The position numbers were made by a program, and so were the translations under genes. This document shows, one piece after another, positions 52,222-61,320 of a DNA stretch of 64,000 nt (positions are counted from its first letter, which is position 1; each line of letters begins with the position of its first letter). The stretch comes from an uncultured Bacteroidales bacterium (GTDB lineage Bacteria; Bacteroidota; Bacteroidia; Bacteroidales; VadinHA17), in the NCBI GenBank assembly GCA_963730615.1, contig CAVSSR010000006.1, positions 196,251 through 260,250 on the forward strand, given 5' to 3'. Under the pieces are notes generated by a model, which saw nothing but the letters and a program-made list of their open reading frames with translations, was not told where the DNA came from and searched no databases.

Positions 52222-52452
52222 CCCGAACGAAGTGAAAGTAGGGGTGTTCCTGAACTGGTTTTACGATGCAGGATTAGACTGTTATTACTTATTTCTCGGG
52301 AAGGCAAAAACCCCCGACAAGTCGGGGCAGGCTGTGACACCATGTGCAAGCCCCCTCGTAAGCGTGGCAGCTTATGCCCCGTTAATAATTCCCCATTTTA
52401 GCATAAGTGTGATCCTGATGGAGAAGGCAATGACATAACCGGCCAGTTAGAT
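52222..52452 (-). repeat. attC-like element truncated at its distal (GTT-box) end, after the GyrI-like gene
   Basis: It is collinear with the interior and stop-proximal arm of 61321-61635 and 62739-62983 (CGAACG-AGTGAA-G--GGGGTGTT, GCAGGATTA, GGCAAAAAC, hairpin CCCCGAC-AA-GTCGGGG at 52312-27, GAAGGCAATGAC-TA-CCG). It ends with GTTAGAT at 52446-52, which is ATCTAAC on the coding strand. The arm carrying CTAACG..CCGGCGGTAT is absent. Confidence 0.45.
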
Positions 52453-52459
52453 GCTGGTG

Positions 52460-52942
52460 TTAAATTTTAGATTGAATTGGAATCCAAATCTCTTCTTCAG
52501 AATCAAGATCATCAGGCTTATACTTTTCCCCTAATATCTCGAAATGAGGCCTACTGTCCAATAAATAGCCGGAATTAGGTATCCATGTTCCAAAAATAAA
52601 TTGAAATGTCCCGGCAGCTGCTGTTGGCAAACCTTTGTAAGGGAAAATAGCATAAAGGCCACCAGGAAGATTTAATGTCAGGAAATCATCTGGAACACTA
52701 TTAAAGTCAGCAACTTCAACAGCAGCCCATTTCTCAAAAGTCACCGTTGGATCAATACTGTCGAAGAAGCCTGACGGATAAATTTGTAAAGAATATAGAT
52801 CTGTATTGACGACATTGTGTATCACTTTTCTCAAAGGCATGAAGCTCCTCCAAAGCTCAAAAGTTTTATCATTGGAGAAGGTCATGGTCATACGTTTGCC
52901 AACCAGTTTCTTTGCAATTAATGTTTCTATACGCGGTACCAT
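52460..52942 (-). CDS. GyrI-like (AraC effector-binding/SOUL-fold) small-molecule binding protein
   Basis: 160-aa intact ORF. The pattern is IETLIAKKLVGKRMTM...LWRSFMP...GGLYAIFPYKG...FEILGEKY...EIWIPI. Confidence 0.75.
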   Translation of the reverse strand: MVPRIETLIAKKLVGKRMTMTFSNDKTFELWRSFMPLRKVIHNVVNTDLYSLQIYPSGFFDSIDPTVTFEKWAAVEVADFNSVPDDFLTLNLPGGLYAIFPYKGLPTAAAGTFQFIFGTWIPNSGYLLDSRPHFEILGEKYKPDDLDSEEEIWIPIQSKI

Positions 52943-53000
52943 TATTTTGTTTCCTGCTTCACAAGATAGACATTATGTGTTGGCATGCAAACGCTTGCAG

Positions 53001-53138
53001 CTGACAGCCCGGCAATAAAGGGAGATTGTGTTATACGATGCAAGCACCGGTCAGAGTTCTGGTACTTTAGCCAGGAAACTATTAAGGTGAAAGGAGGGTA
53101 TGCAGTGTCCCTACGAGCAGAGCAAGACAGGGGCGCAC
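53001..53138 (-). repeat. partial or degenerate repeat between the lipoprotein and GyrI-like cassettes
   Basis: CTGACAGCCCGGCAATAAAGGGAGATTGTGTTATACGATGCAAGCACCGG...CTGGTACTTTAGCCAGG is collinear with the left half of 55923-56149. I found no convincing partner arm. Confidence 0.3.
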
Positions 53139-53645
53139 CTATTGCAGTGAGTCAAATCTGCTTTTTAAAGCAATAGATAAATCAATTTTTGTATAGACTA
53201 TTTCTTTAGAATCCTTGCAGTATACTAAAGCATTAGATCCTATCCATTGTTCATATGGATCTGTTTTAATGGTTGCAAAATAAGTCCATTCTCCTTTGTT
53301 TTGGTTATCCTGATTAAGAAATTGTCCACATATTAAATATGTTTTTTCCTCATTGGGTTTTGTTAGATATTTAAATTCAACATTACGAAAACCTAAAGGA
53401 ACTGGTGGTTGATGGTCATGAAAATCTTTGGCAGCCGCATCAAGTAATAAATGAACTATAGAATCTTGTGAAGTATTTTGCGTTTCAACTGGGCTTATAC
53501 TGTCAGAGCTGCCTTTGGATGAATTAATGTTATTCTTTGACCTGGAATTACATGAGGTCAGGAATAATGAAAAAATCAGAATAGAAATAGATAATAGAAT
53601 TTTCTGCAGGTCAAATGTTTGTCTCAATTTCGATTGTTTTTTCAT
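53139..53645 (-). CDS. hypothetical lipoprotein
   Basis: 168-aa intact ORF with the lipobox LFLTSCNS followed by a Ser/Asn-rich linker. Confidence 0.45.
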   Translation of the reverse strand: MKKQSKLRQTFDLQKILLSISILIFSLFLTSCNSRSKNNINSSKGSSDSISPVETQNTSQDSIVHLLLDAAAKDFHDHQPPVPLGFRNVEFKYLTKPNEEKTYLICGQFLNQDNQNKGEWTYFATIKTDPYEQWIGSNALVYCKDSKEIVYTKIDLSIALKSRFDSLQ

Positions 53646-53750
53646 TTTACTTGATAAAAAATATTGCCTACTCTCTACAGTTTTCGGCTTCCCTGCTTTT
53701 ATTCTGCGGGTCTCTTACAGACTCATGGAACTCTGTCCGGGATTGAAGTA

Positions 53751-53817
53751 TAATGGTCCGTTAATAGAAGAAGGTTGTGTTACCCGGCTACAGTACAGGG
53801 CAGGATCCTGGTACTTA
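53751..53817 (-). repeat. partial repeat (arm homologous to the 55923 element) overlapping the DHFR-like gene stop
   Basis: GGTCCGTTAATAGAAGAAGGTTGTGTTACCCGGC (53755-88) is collinear with GGCCCGGCAATATGAAGAGGTTGTTACCCGAC (55930-61). The boxes are degenerate. Confidence 0.3.
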
Positions 53818-54408
53818 AGACCCAATAGTACCTGTCTTGACTTTTCCAGCCCGCTTGTAATTGGCAATAAAAACTCCTGTTGGCGAAACCAAACTCTCTG
53901 TCAATGCAAACGCTGCCGGAATCGCACCATTGTTAAACAACTTTTTTCCTTTACCAAGAGTCAGCGGAAAGATTTTGAGCCAGAGTTCGTCCACTAAATC
54001 ATTTTTAAGCAGCAGTTGGATAAGCTCACCGCTGCCGTGAACCTGAATGTCAGAACCTTTTGACTTTTTGAGCTTTTGGATATCTGCCAGGTTTTTAAGG
54101 AAAACTGAGTTCTTCCAATCTGACTTTTTAATGGTCCTGGACATGACGTATTTTGTTACATCATTGATACCTGGCCATACACTTTCATGCTCTGGCCAGT
54201 AACTGGCAAAAATCTCAAATGTTTTTCTGCCCAGAAGAAGGTCTGCAGGTTTCATCTGTTTTTCCATGACTTTACCAGCAACATCGTCAAAATAAGGCGT
54301 AACCCAACCGCCATATTTGAAACCGCCTGATGTATCTTCCTCTGGTCCACCAGGTGCTTGCATGACTCCATCCAATGTAATAAATGATAAAACAATTATT
54401 TTTCTCAT
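53815..54408 (-). CDS. dihydrofolate reductase-like (RibD C-terminal domain) family protein
   Basis: 197-aa intact ORF. The motifs are MRKIIVLSFITLDGVMQAPGGPEED, LLGRKTFE and IQVHGSGELIQLLL. Confidence 0.8.
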   Translation of the reverse strand: MRKIIVLSFITLDGVMQAPGGPEEDTSGGFKYGGWVTPYFDDVAGKVMEKQMKPADLLLGRKTFEIFASYWPEHESVWPGINDVTKYVMSRTIKKSDWKNSVFLKNLADIQKLKKSKGSDIQVHGSGELIQLLLKNDLVDELWLKIFPLTLGKGKKLFNNGAIPAAFALTESLVSPTGVFIANYKRAGKVKTGTIGS

Positions 54409-54543
54409 ATTATTTCACTTCCTCTTGATTCTACAACAAACTTCTTCAAGATTGGTTTTGTTACGACACAAATTTCTCTAGCAAAGATCTGGCAAAGGCA
54501 ACCGGGAATCGAGCACAATTTTTGCCTTACGAAGCAATATGAA

Positions 54544-54629
54544 ATCTAACCCCGATCCAAGAAGGATGGAGCGAAGCAACCGGCTACAAGTCGGCTGAAG
54601 TGTGTTGTCAGGAGGGGACCGGGTTTAAA
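54544..54629 (-). repeat. short attC-like palindrome (86 bp) between the cupin and DHFR-like cassettes
   Basis: ATCTAAC (54544-50) ... GTTTAAA (54623-29). TAACCCCGATCC pairs with GGACCGGGTTTA at 10 of 12 positions. Confidence 0.45.
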
Positions 54630-54642
54630 GTTACGCCTCAGA

Positions 54643-54987
54643 TTACTGTTGATTGAATATATCGACTGAGATTTCCACTGCTGTTGTCGTTCCCCTGTTC
54701 TCAAGCCAGTGTGTGGTGTTCTTATCCTCTGGCCAGCCCACTCCTGGCCCATACTCCTTAGCCACTCCATTTCGGTGGTCAGTTATCGTTCCTTGCAGAA
54801 TGTAGACAACGCCCGGCCTGTCTATATGGTTATGAATCGGGCCGATGACGCCTCCAGGTTCGAGAGTCACCAAACGCATACGAAGCAGGCGCCCTGCCAT
54901 GCCCTCTATTTCAGGGCCAAGGTCAATCGCTGCAAGATGCTTTACCGTAACACCTTTCGTCTCAGGTGCCGCTTGTTCAATACTCAT
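54643..54987 (-). CDS. cupin domain protein
   Basis: 114-aa intact ORF with cupin motifs GPIHNHIDRPGVVYILQG and GWPEDKNTTHWLEN. Confidence 0.75.
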   Translation of the reverse strand: MSIEQAAPETKGVTVKHLAAIDLGPEIEGMAGRLLRMRLVTLEPGGVIGPIHNHIDRPGVVYILQGTITDHRNGVAKEYGPGVGWPEDKNTTHWLENRGTTTAVEISVDIFNQQ

Positions 54988-55145
54988 GGCAATCTCCTTT
55001 CTTTTGTTTATTATTTATTTTATGCATACCAATTTTGCAGTTTTTCTTTTGATGACCACTACCTGGCTGAAATGAAATAGCAGAAAAGAAGATAATGTTA
55101 CTCTAAATAGGGTAGAAATTTTCCTGTTGTTGCGAAATTATAAAA

Positions 55146-55300
55146 GTTAAAGTGTGGCGGTATGTGTAGTTGCCGTCCGCTTCGGTCTTGCATGCGTTTT
55201 TGCAGTGTCACGGTGAGGGCAGGAATTCGGTTTCACGGTAATTTATCCAGATAGCCTGCAAAAACCATGACAAACAACTTACCCATATTGTCAGTTTTAG
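55146..55300 (-). repeat. attC-like element (about 155 bp, degenerate distal box) between the VOC and cupin cassettes
   Basis: The left arm GTGGCGGTATGTGTAGTTGCC is collinear with the 62739 and 61321 elements. The right arm AAAAACCATGACAAACAACTTACCCATATTGTCAGTTTTAG is collinear with 57300 and 55923 but lacks their central hairpin. GTTTTAG is at 55294-55300. Confidence 0.5.
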
Positions 55301-55311
55301 CGTTTTGTTGT

Positions 55312-55764
55312 TTATTTCAAATATTCTTCAATCACAATCTTTTTCTGTCCCATCATTACTTTAAATGAGTTTGGTCGATTCATTAGCTCATCTAGATTTT
55401 TGGGTAACACTTGCCACCGAAGTCCATATTTATCTATGCACCAACCGCATTGAGATTCTTCACCATCCTGAGTAAAATAGTTCCAGTATTTATCAATTTC
55501 ATTTTGATCCTCACAATTAATCATAAATGATATTGCGTCATTCAATGGATGATGTTCTTCAGCAGTACTCATAAGAGAATATTTTTGCCCAAAAATATTT
55601 ACCACACACATTTCTGTTATTCCACTGGGTGTCTCCCCTAGAGGTATTATCTGTCCATGCTGAAAGTCTTTGCCAAAAATGTTTTTGTAATATTCAATTA
55701 TTTTTGAAATATTACCTCCGTCTTCACAAAACCAAAGGTTTGGAACTATTTTGTTCTGTAACAT
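55312..55764 (-). CDS. VOC/glyoxalase-fold protein (PhnB / 3-demethylubiquinone-9 3-methyltransferase-domain type)
   Basis: 150-aa intact ORF. The motifs are IVPNLWF, EIDKYWNYF, CGWCIDKYGLRWQV and the C-terminal KIVIEEYLK. Confidence 0.75.
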   Translation of the reverse strand: MLQNKIVPNLWFCEDGGNISKIIEYYKNIFGKDFQHGQIIPLGETPSGITEMCVVNIFGQKYSLMSTAEEHHPLNDAISFMINCEDQNEIDKYWNYFTQDGEESQCGWCIDKYGLRWQVLPKNLDELMNRPNSFKVMMGQKKIVIEEYLK

Positions 55765-55922
55765 ATTTTCAAATACTAAGGTTGTCTAATTACTATATCT
55801 TTTTGTCTATCCATCGTTATAACATATATAAGTTAGATTTTGTTCTAATATCGACTAATTGTCACTTTTTTAAATCGTTTCCTTACGTATTTAACTGATT
55901 GTCAAATCAGATGATCAATGAA

Positions 55923-56149
55923 CGCTAACGGCCCGGCAATATGAAGAGGTTGTTACCCGACGCAAGCACATGGCATAGTCCTGGTTCTTTGGCCACAAAG
56001 CTGTCACGGTGCAGGATTTATTTTGCGGGCAGGTGCGGGCGTTCGGTTGCAAGTTTCAGCAGGACTTGTCATGGGAGCAGGGTTTTATAAAAACCATGAC
56101 AACTTGTCCCGCAAGGCGGGAAACAACTTACCCAAATAGTCCGTTTTAT
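55923..56149 (-). repeat. attC-like element (227 bp) between the TIM-barrel and VOC cassettes
   Basis: CGCTAAC (55923-29) ... GTTTTAT (56143-49). GAGGTTGTTACCCG pairs with CGGGAAACAACTT. The right arm is nearly identical to that of 57300-57474, including the hairpin at 56108-20. Confidence 0.55.
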
Positions 56150-56191
56150 GCCAATGTGCGGATTCTAATTTGATATATTGTCCTGATTGAA

Positions 56192-57274
56192 TTATTTAGC
56201 TATGAAACAGGGGATTACATCTTCTGTGAAATATGGCTCCTGACATACCCAGAACATATAATTTACTTTTAAAAAATCTTTAGCAAAAGCATGGAGTACC
56301 GGCACAATGTTATTCCGATTTATTACAACATCGTTGTTTCCTGTTTCTTCAATGTAGTTGCCATCCTGAACTGCAATCCCAAGAGGTACTGAAAATTTCC
56401 CTTCATGCATCATTGCCAATGCATGATTTAGCTGTTCCTTTTTTCTAATCAGTAAATCAGGCGCACCCAGGCCAACCCCAATTTCCTGTCCGTATTGATA
56501 AATAGAATGCAAATACTCTTTATCGCTGGTCCGAAGCCATCCCCCGGGGACAAAGTTGGCGTACTGCATTGTAACTGACCGTGGGAATGCTTTCTTAAGA
56601 GCGAGCATGTTGATCTTCAAGCTTTCAGTATAGCTCTCCTGCGTGAAAGTAGAATCAATTTTACTTATATCTTCTATTGCGGTTTCCTGTAAATTTATTC
56701 CTTCCACTTTCCCGTCAAATTCTTTTCCCAGAGCTTTCATCAGCAGTGCGAATCGCTCCTGTACTTTCGGGTTCCATCTTTTTGCCACCCACCCGGAAAT
56801 TTCTCCATTGCCATTAAATTGCGGAACTGCACCCTTATCGTATTCATCGGTTAGAAGATATCCAGGTAATCCAACATATTTGGGGCTAAATGATGCATCC
56901 TGCAATTGGATGAACAATTTTTTGCCATGAGATAAAAGGTATTTATAATCCTCCTGGATAATAGAAAAATCATATTTCCCTTTTTCAGGTTCAAGCTGTT
57001 TCCAGGAATACATTATCTGAGCGCCCACAAATCTTGGAATATTCAAGAACGGATGGTCTTGTATAAGTTCCCTGTCCCGGGCAAAATAGACAAAATGTTT
57101 AATGCTGTCAGGTTCCAGAGGACAAGCAGCACTCAAATATTTCTTATATGCATTAGCGTACCGTTCGGAGTATTTTTCATTTTGCCCTGGCATAGTGAGT
57201 GAAATGAGAAGCCCGAAAAGTACTAACGTTGATATTTTCTTATTTCTATCCATAATGTTTTTGAAGGTAATCAT
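56192..57274 (-). CDS. secreted TIM-barrel glycosidase-like protein (function uncertain)
   Basis: 360-aa intact ORF with a signal peptide. YSWKQLEPEKGKYDFS is the classic N-terminal motif of GH42/GH35-type barrels. I cannot place the rest. Confidence 0.4.
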   Translation of the reverse strand: MITFKNIMDRNKKISTLVLFGLLISLTMPGQNEKYSERYANAYKKYLSAACPLEPDSIKHFVYFARDRELIQDHPFLNIPRFVGAQIMYSWKQLEPEKGKYDFSIIQEDYKYLLSHGKKLFIQLQDASFSPKYVGLPGYLLTDEYDKGAVPQFNGNGEISGWVAKRWNPKVQERFALLMKALGKEFDGKVEGINLQETAIEDISKIDSTFTQESYTESLKINMLALKKAFPRSVTMQYANFVPGGWLRTSDKEYLHSIYQYGQEIGVGLGAPDLLIRKKEQLNHALAMMHEGKFSVPLGIAVQDGNYIEETGNNDVVINRNNIVPVLHAFAKDFLKVNYMFWVCQEPYFTEDVIPCFIAK

Positions 57275-57299
57275 TTTTCAGGACGAGAGAGAGCATTTG

Positions 57300-57474
57300 G
57301 CATAACGGTCCGGCGGTACGGGTCAGTTGCCTTGTATTGGGGTGGTATGCGTTTTTGCAGGCAAACTGCGATGCACAAATGTGCTTTTCTTTACTAAGTT
57401 ATCGCGTTGGTAAAAACCATGACAACTTGTCCCGCAAGGCGGGAAACAACTTACCCATATTGTCCGTGTTAGTT
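57300..57474 (-). repeat. attC-like element (175 bp) between the PNPOx and TIM-barrel cassettes
   Basis: GCATAAC (57300-06) ... GTTAGTT (57468-74). TACGGGTCAGTTG pairs with CAACTTACCCATA. A central hairpin CCCGC-AAG-GCGGG lies at 57431-43. Confidence 0.6.
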
Positions 57475-57492
57475 GCTGCGTTTATTAATTTT

Positions 57493-58024
57493 TTAAAATG
57501 AGATGGTTGGCGCTTTGAAAGTATTAGGATCATTATTTAGTCCATGTTTATAGTTTATGATCTCAATGGATTTGGGAATGATTTTAATAAGTACAAATTT
57601 ATCTTGCCAGCCTTGTATGCCATTCCAATAGTCTCGTTTCATTTTAATAAGTAATTCCCTATTGTCTATAACTGATGCATGATCCGTTTATATTGACATA
57701 TCCTTTTGCAGTAAGATGGTTTGCGAAATAAACACAGACTTTTGGATTGTTTGTAATTTCTCTGACTTTACGACTTGTTCTTGAAGTAGCAAACCAGATA
57801 ACAAAGTCATCCTTAACAGGAAAAGGATTTATCGTACGAATTTGGGGTTGTCCTAAGGAGTCTATGGTGACAAGTCCACAATAGGTTGTTTCATTAATTA
57901 TTTCGTGAGCAGCAAGAAAAATGGTATCTCTATTTACAGAGGATTGTCCATTCAATTCAGAATAACAGGAACTGGATGTTGAAACAAGGACAGAGAGCAC
58001 GAATAAGACAAATAGGTTTTTCAT
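57493..58024 (-). CDS. pyridoxamine 5'-phosphate oxidase-like (general stress protein 26 type) FMN-binding split-barrel protein (one frameshift near 57670)
   Basis: ORF 57659..58024 has a signal-like N-terminus plus CGLVTIDSLGQPQIRTINPF...VIWFATSRTSRKVREITNNPKVCVYF. The C-terminus is in another frame (MKRDYWNGIQGWQDKFVLIKIIPKSIEIINY), with a stop at 57493. Confidence 0.65.
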
Positions 58025-58134
58025 AGAGGTTGATTTAAATAATGAATTATCTTTTATATGATCCCCAGGAAAGGATTTACCCTATAAAAAATGATATTTT
58101 ATTCAAGTCAGTAGTCCCGGTTGTTGCACATGGC

Positions 58135-58262
58135 AACTAACTTCCGCCGGTATGCGCAGTTGCCGCTTCTGTGTGATTACTTGTTGTGTTATCCGAAAGG
58201 TAGCTAAATGAACAGCATTAGCAACTCCACGGCCCGGCAATTGCGTATACCGGCTGTTGTGG
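58135..58262 (-). repeat. attC-like imperfect palindrome (128 bp) between the TPM and PNPOx cassettes
   Basis: AACTAAC (58135-41) ... GTTGTGG (58256-62). Positions 58146-58165 pair with 58235-58254 over 20 positions, with two G-T mismatches. Confidence 0.7.
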
Positions 58263-58275
58263 GCAGTGCTTTTTT

Positions 58276-58752
58276 TTACTTCCATTCTTTAATACATTCA
58301 TCCATACCAACCTTTATGCCGTCGAAGTACTTTTCTTCCCTGAATAGAGGTATCATGCAAGAATTTACGATTTTCTTACAAATTTCATCTTTGAAAGTTT
58401 TATCAGGTCCATATCCGGTTGACAATGCTGTTTCACTCAAATTTTTACTGACAAATATAACTAAGCCATTATCTTTCCCCTCTTTGCCCACTTCATGTAT
58501 ACTTCCAAAATCAGCAGCATATTGTATCGCTGTCTCAAACTCACCAATATCTTTTGAAGTTACAATCATAATCTCATTTGTCGATTTTTTTTCATAGTCT
58601 GAAATAATGGAGTTTAGATATCTCTCCTGGCTTTTGGTTAATATTTCCTCATAATCGTAAATCCACGAGATTTTTTTGTTGACTTCATTATTCTGTCCGC
58701 ATGAAAATGCGATTGCTGCAAATAAAGACACTAATACAATATTCAATTTCAT
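58276..58752 (-). CDS. TPM (YgcG/TLP18.3-type) domain lipoprotein
   Basis: ORF 58276..58845; the likely start is MKLNIVLVSLFAAIAFSCGQ at 58752. The pattern is DYEEILTKSQERYLNSIISDYEKKSTNEIMIVT...DNGLVIFVS...GYG. Confidence 0.7.
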   Translation of the reverse strand: MKLNIVLVSLFAAIAFSCGQNNEVNKKISWIYDYEEILTKSQERYLNSIISDYEKKSTNEIMIVTSKDIGEFETAIQYAADFGSIHEVGKEGKDNGLVIFVSKNLSETALSTGYGPDKTFKDEICKKIVNSCMIPLFREEKYFDGIKVGMDECIKEWK

Positions 58753-58780
58753 ATTTTTTAATTTTAGATAGTTTCTTTTT

Positions 58781-58860
58781 GCCACACGGCGCTTTACAGT
58801 CTCCTTTAGCCAGAAAGTTCTCGTGGCACAGAAAAGCAATGACATATACCGATGTTGAAC
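58781..58860 (-). repeat. half attC-like element (stop-proximal arm only) after the GH78 gene
   Basis: 58797-58860 is collinear with 62919-62983 (CTTTAG-CA-AAAGTTCTCG-GGCACAGAA--CAATGAC-TATACCGA...GTT). It ends with GTTGAAC (58854-60), which is GTTCAAC on the coding strand. I found no partner arm. Confidence 0.4.
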
Positions 58861-58883
58861 GGTGTGTTATTTTTTTAGTTTAT

Positions 58884-61262
58884 TTAATCAATCTTATTTG
58901 TTCCGCCTTGCAAGTGTCTTTGCTCTCCATTCCAGATGAAAACTCCGTCTAAGTTAATTGGTAAAGTAATTTCACCACTAAGATGATCCTTATCTTTTTG
59001 TAATTTAATGTGAATAGAACCAAGCTTATGCGGCATTGTTGCATCAATATTTTTCAAACTTCCAAGATTAGGCTCTATCCTTATAGATTTAAAGCCCGGT
59101 GAGTCAGATTTAATACCACTTACTAATGATAAGAAGTAATAAACTGGCGAAGCACTCCAGGCGTGACAATCAGAACGTGCAGGACCTGGAATTTCTGCAA
59201 AAGTGGTCAAACCTGCATCTAACATTTGTTTCCAGGGAATTAGTGATTCGGTAAATTGGTTAGCCTGCCCAACTTTTTCAAGTGCTTCGAATAAATAAAA
59301 TTTGAAATATAATGTACATTGTGCCAACTCTTTGTCATTGAGAAGCTTATTAATTATTTTGGTTTTATCGGCTGTTTCAGGAAATGTATTGGTTAAAACA
59401 GCTAAAACGTTGGCATGTTGACTGAAAGTACTCCTTTCGGGGGAATCGGCAATTAATCCTCTGTTAGAATCGTAACATCTTTGATAAACTGATTTTTTAA
59501 TTTTATCCGCCAGATTTCTATACTCGACAGCAATGTCATGCATCCTGTATGCTTCGAAGACCTCTGATGCTTTTTCCAAAGTGTAAACATACTGTAAACT
59601 TAGTATAGAGGAATTGCCATTCTGCGCAGCCGGCGGGCCACCGTTTTCCCACCCTTTTGAATCAATCCAGTCTACAAAATTCCACCATTCAACAGGACCT
59701 AACATACCAGTTGAGTCAATATGGTTTCCAAACCAATTGAGTGTTTCCTGCATACCGGGAATCATTGATTTAATAAAAATAGAATCGCTGTTCAGCATCC
59801 AATAATCATAAATCATTGTAACCCAGACTAATGAAAAGGTCGGAATAATTTGGACCTGATTACATGGGAATCTGCTTTGTGTTATACCAATAGGTAATTG
59901 TGAAGCATGCAAAGCAGATATTGCATTTTTGGTCAATCTGGAATCTCCGGAAACATAGGTTGAAACCAATGCCTGAATTCTCGCATCACCAATATATTGA
60001 AGTTGTTCGTAATATGGGCAATCAAAAAAAGTTTCATTTGCACATAAGCGCTGTGTCCGCCAGCCAACCTTCCAAATATCGTCAAAAAGAGAATTGTCGC
60101 AAGTAAATGATGCCTTCTCTTCCAAAGGGTATGCAGTAAAAATGCTGAAAACATCGTTAACTGCAAGTGGCTCTTCTTTTGTTTCTATTTCCAGTTCAAC
60201 ATATCTGAAAGTACGCCAGAATAGTGGTTGGAATATACGATTATTACCTCCGTCACAAATAATAACATCAGAGGTACCTAGTATCTGTTTGTCTTCAATA
60301 TCATTCCGGTTGCCTTTGTTTCCAACACTGTCAAATAAACTCTCAGCATAAGTAAGTTTTATTAAGCTGTTTCTTCCTTTTGAAAAATTAATAACAGGAT
60401 AGGCAGTTGTCAGCACGCTTTGGTCAATAAGTATTTTTATTTTACTGTTTGGCGAGATTATGACCGGATTAGTACCTTTCAGGAATTCTTCAGTAATTAT
60501 GTTTGCGTTGGAACGACGAATTCTGGAAAATCGTTGTACTTTTTCTTCCATTAAAGGTATTTCTCTTTGTGAAAGTAAATGCAATGAAGTGTTTCCATAT
60601 TCTCCCATACAACCAACAGGTTTACCAGTTTCAACTTCCTGAGCATGCTTCCAGCCAGATGTATTGAAATCCTTATCCATCCAGTTCCATGGATGTTTTT
60701 CACAATCAAACTCCTCGCCGGCCCCCGCAACATAGTATTGATTCATAATTACGGGAATGGGTTTATATGCCGTGTCTTTCATGACAACCCAGCTTGTATC
60801 TGAATTAAGAATATTTTCATCCTTCGTATTTCCCTGGATCATAAATCCTGTTTGCCCTGAAATCTGGGCTAAAGGACGATATTCGGCAAAATTCCATACA
60901 ATAGAAGATATAATATTCCTGCCAGAATGAAGATATGGGGAAATGTCAATACTTTCAAAATTCCATTTTAACAGATAACTTCTGGCAGGGCCATTACAAA
61001 CGTATTCACCATTTATATATAGCTTATACCGATTGTCTGCCGACACATGAATAATAAATTTGTCAGGTTTTGTATTAATTGAAATTTCTTTTCTGAATAA
61101 ATAAACTCCATATTCCGAATTTGTTTTATCAGGATAAGAAATCCATTTTGCAGTCCAGGGTCTGCAAAGCAATTCGGGATTAATTTCTGTTACTTGCTGA
61201 GCAAAAAGCTTTGTGCTAACCAAAAACAGAACTATCAGAAGTGGTTTAAAACAACGTTTCAT
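58884..61262 (-). CDS. glycoside hydrolase family 78-like (alpha-L-rhamnosidase-type six-hairpin glycosidase), secreted
   Basis: Intact ORF 58884..61292; the likely start is MKRCFKPLLIVLFLVSTKLFAQQ at 61262. It has a rhamnosidase N-domain pattern (YKLYINGEYVCNGPARS...DISPYLHSGRNIIS) and a C-terminal catalytic-domain pattern (DCHAWSASPVYYFLSLVSGIKSDSPGFKSIRIEPNLGSL). Confidence 0.65.
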   Translation of the reverse strand: MKRCFKPLLIVLFLVSTKLFAQQVTEINPELLCRPWTAKWISYPDKTNSEYGVYLFRKEISINTKPDKFIIHVSADNRYKLYINGEYVCNGPARSYLLKWNFESIDISPYLHSGRNIISSIVWNFAEYRPLAQISGQTGFMIQGNTKDENILNSDTSWVVMKDTAYKPIPVIMNQYYVAGAGEEFDCEKHPWNWMDKDFNTSGWKHAQEVETGKPVGCMGEYGNTSLHLLSQREIPLMEEKVQRFSRIRRSNANIITEEFLKGTNPVIISPNSKIKILIDQSVLTTAYPVINFSKGRNSLIKLTYAESLFDSVGNKGNRNDIEDKQILGTSDVIICDGGNNRIFQPLFWRTFRYVELEIETKEEPLAVNDVFSIFTAYPLEEKASFTCDNSLFDDIWKVGWRTQRLCANETFFDCPYYEQLQYIGDARIQALVSTYVSGDSRLTKNAISALHASQLPIGITQSRFPCNQVQIIPTFSLVWVTMIYDYWMLNSDSIFIKSMIPGMQETLNWFGNHIDSTGMLGPVEWWNFVDWIDSKGWENGGPPAAQNGNSSILSLQYVYTLEKASEVFEAYRMHDIAVEYRNLADKIKKSVYQRCYDSNRGLIADSPERSTFSQHANVLAVLTNTFPETADKTKIINKLLNDKELAQCTLYFKFYLFEALEKVGQANQFTESLIPWKQMLDAGLTTFAEIPGPARSDCHAWSASPVYYFLSLVSGIKSDSPGFKSIRIEPNLGSLKNIDATMPHKLGSIHIKLQKDKDHLSGEITLPINLDGVFIWNGEQRHLQGGTNKID

Positions 61263-61320
61263 ATTGTATTGTTTGTTAGTTAAATAATTCATTGTTTGTA
61301 TTTACATGCCGTACAACGGC

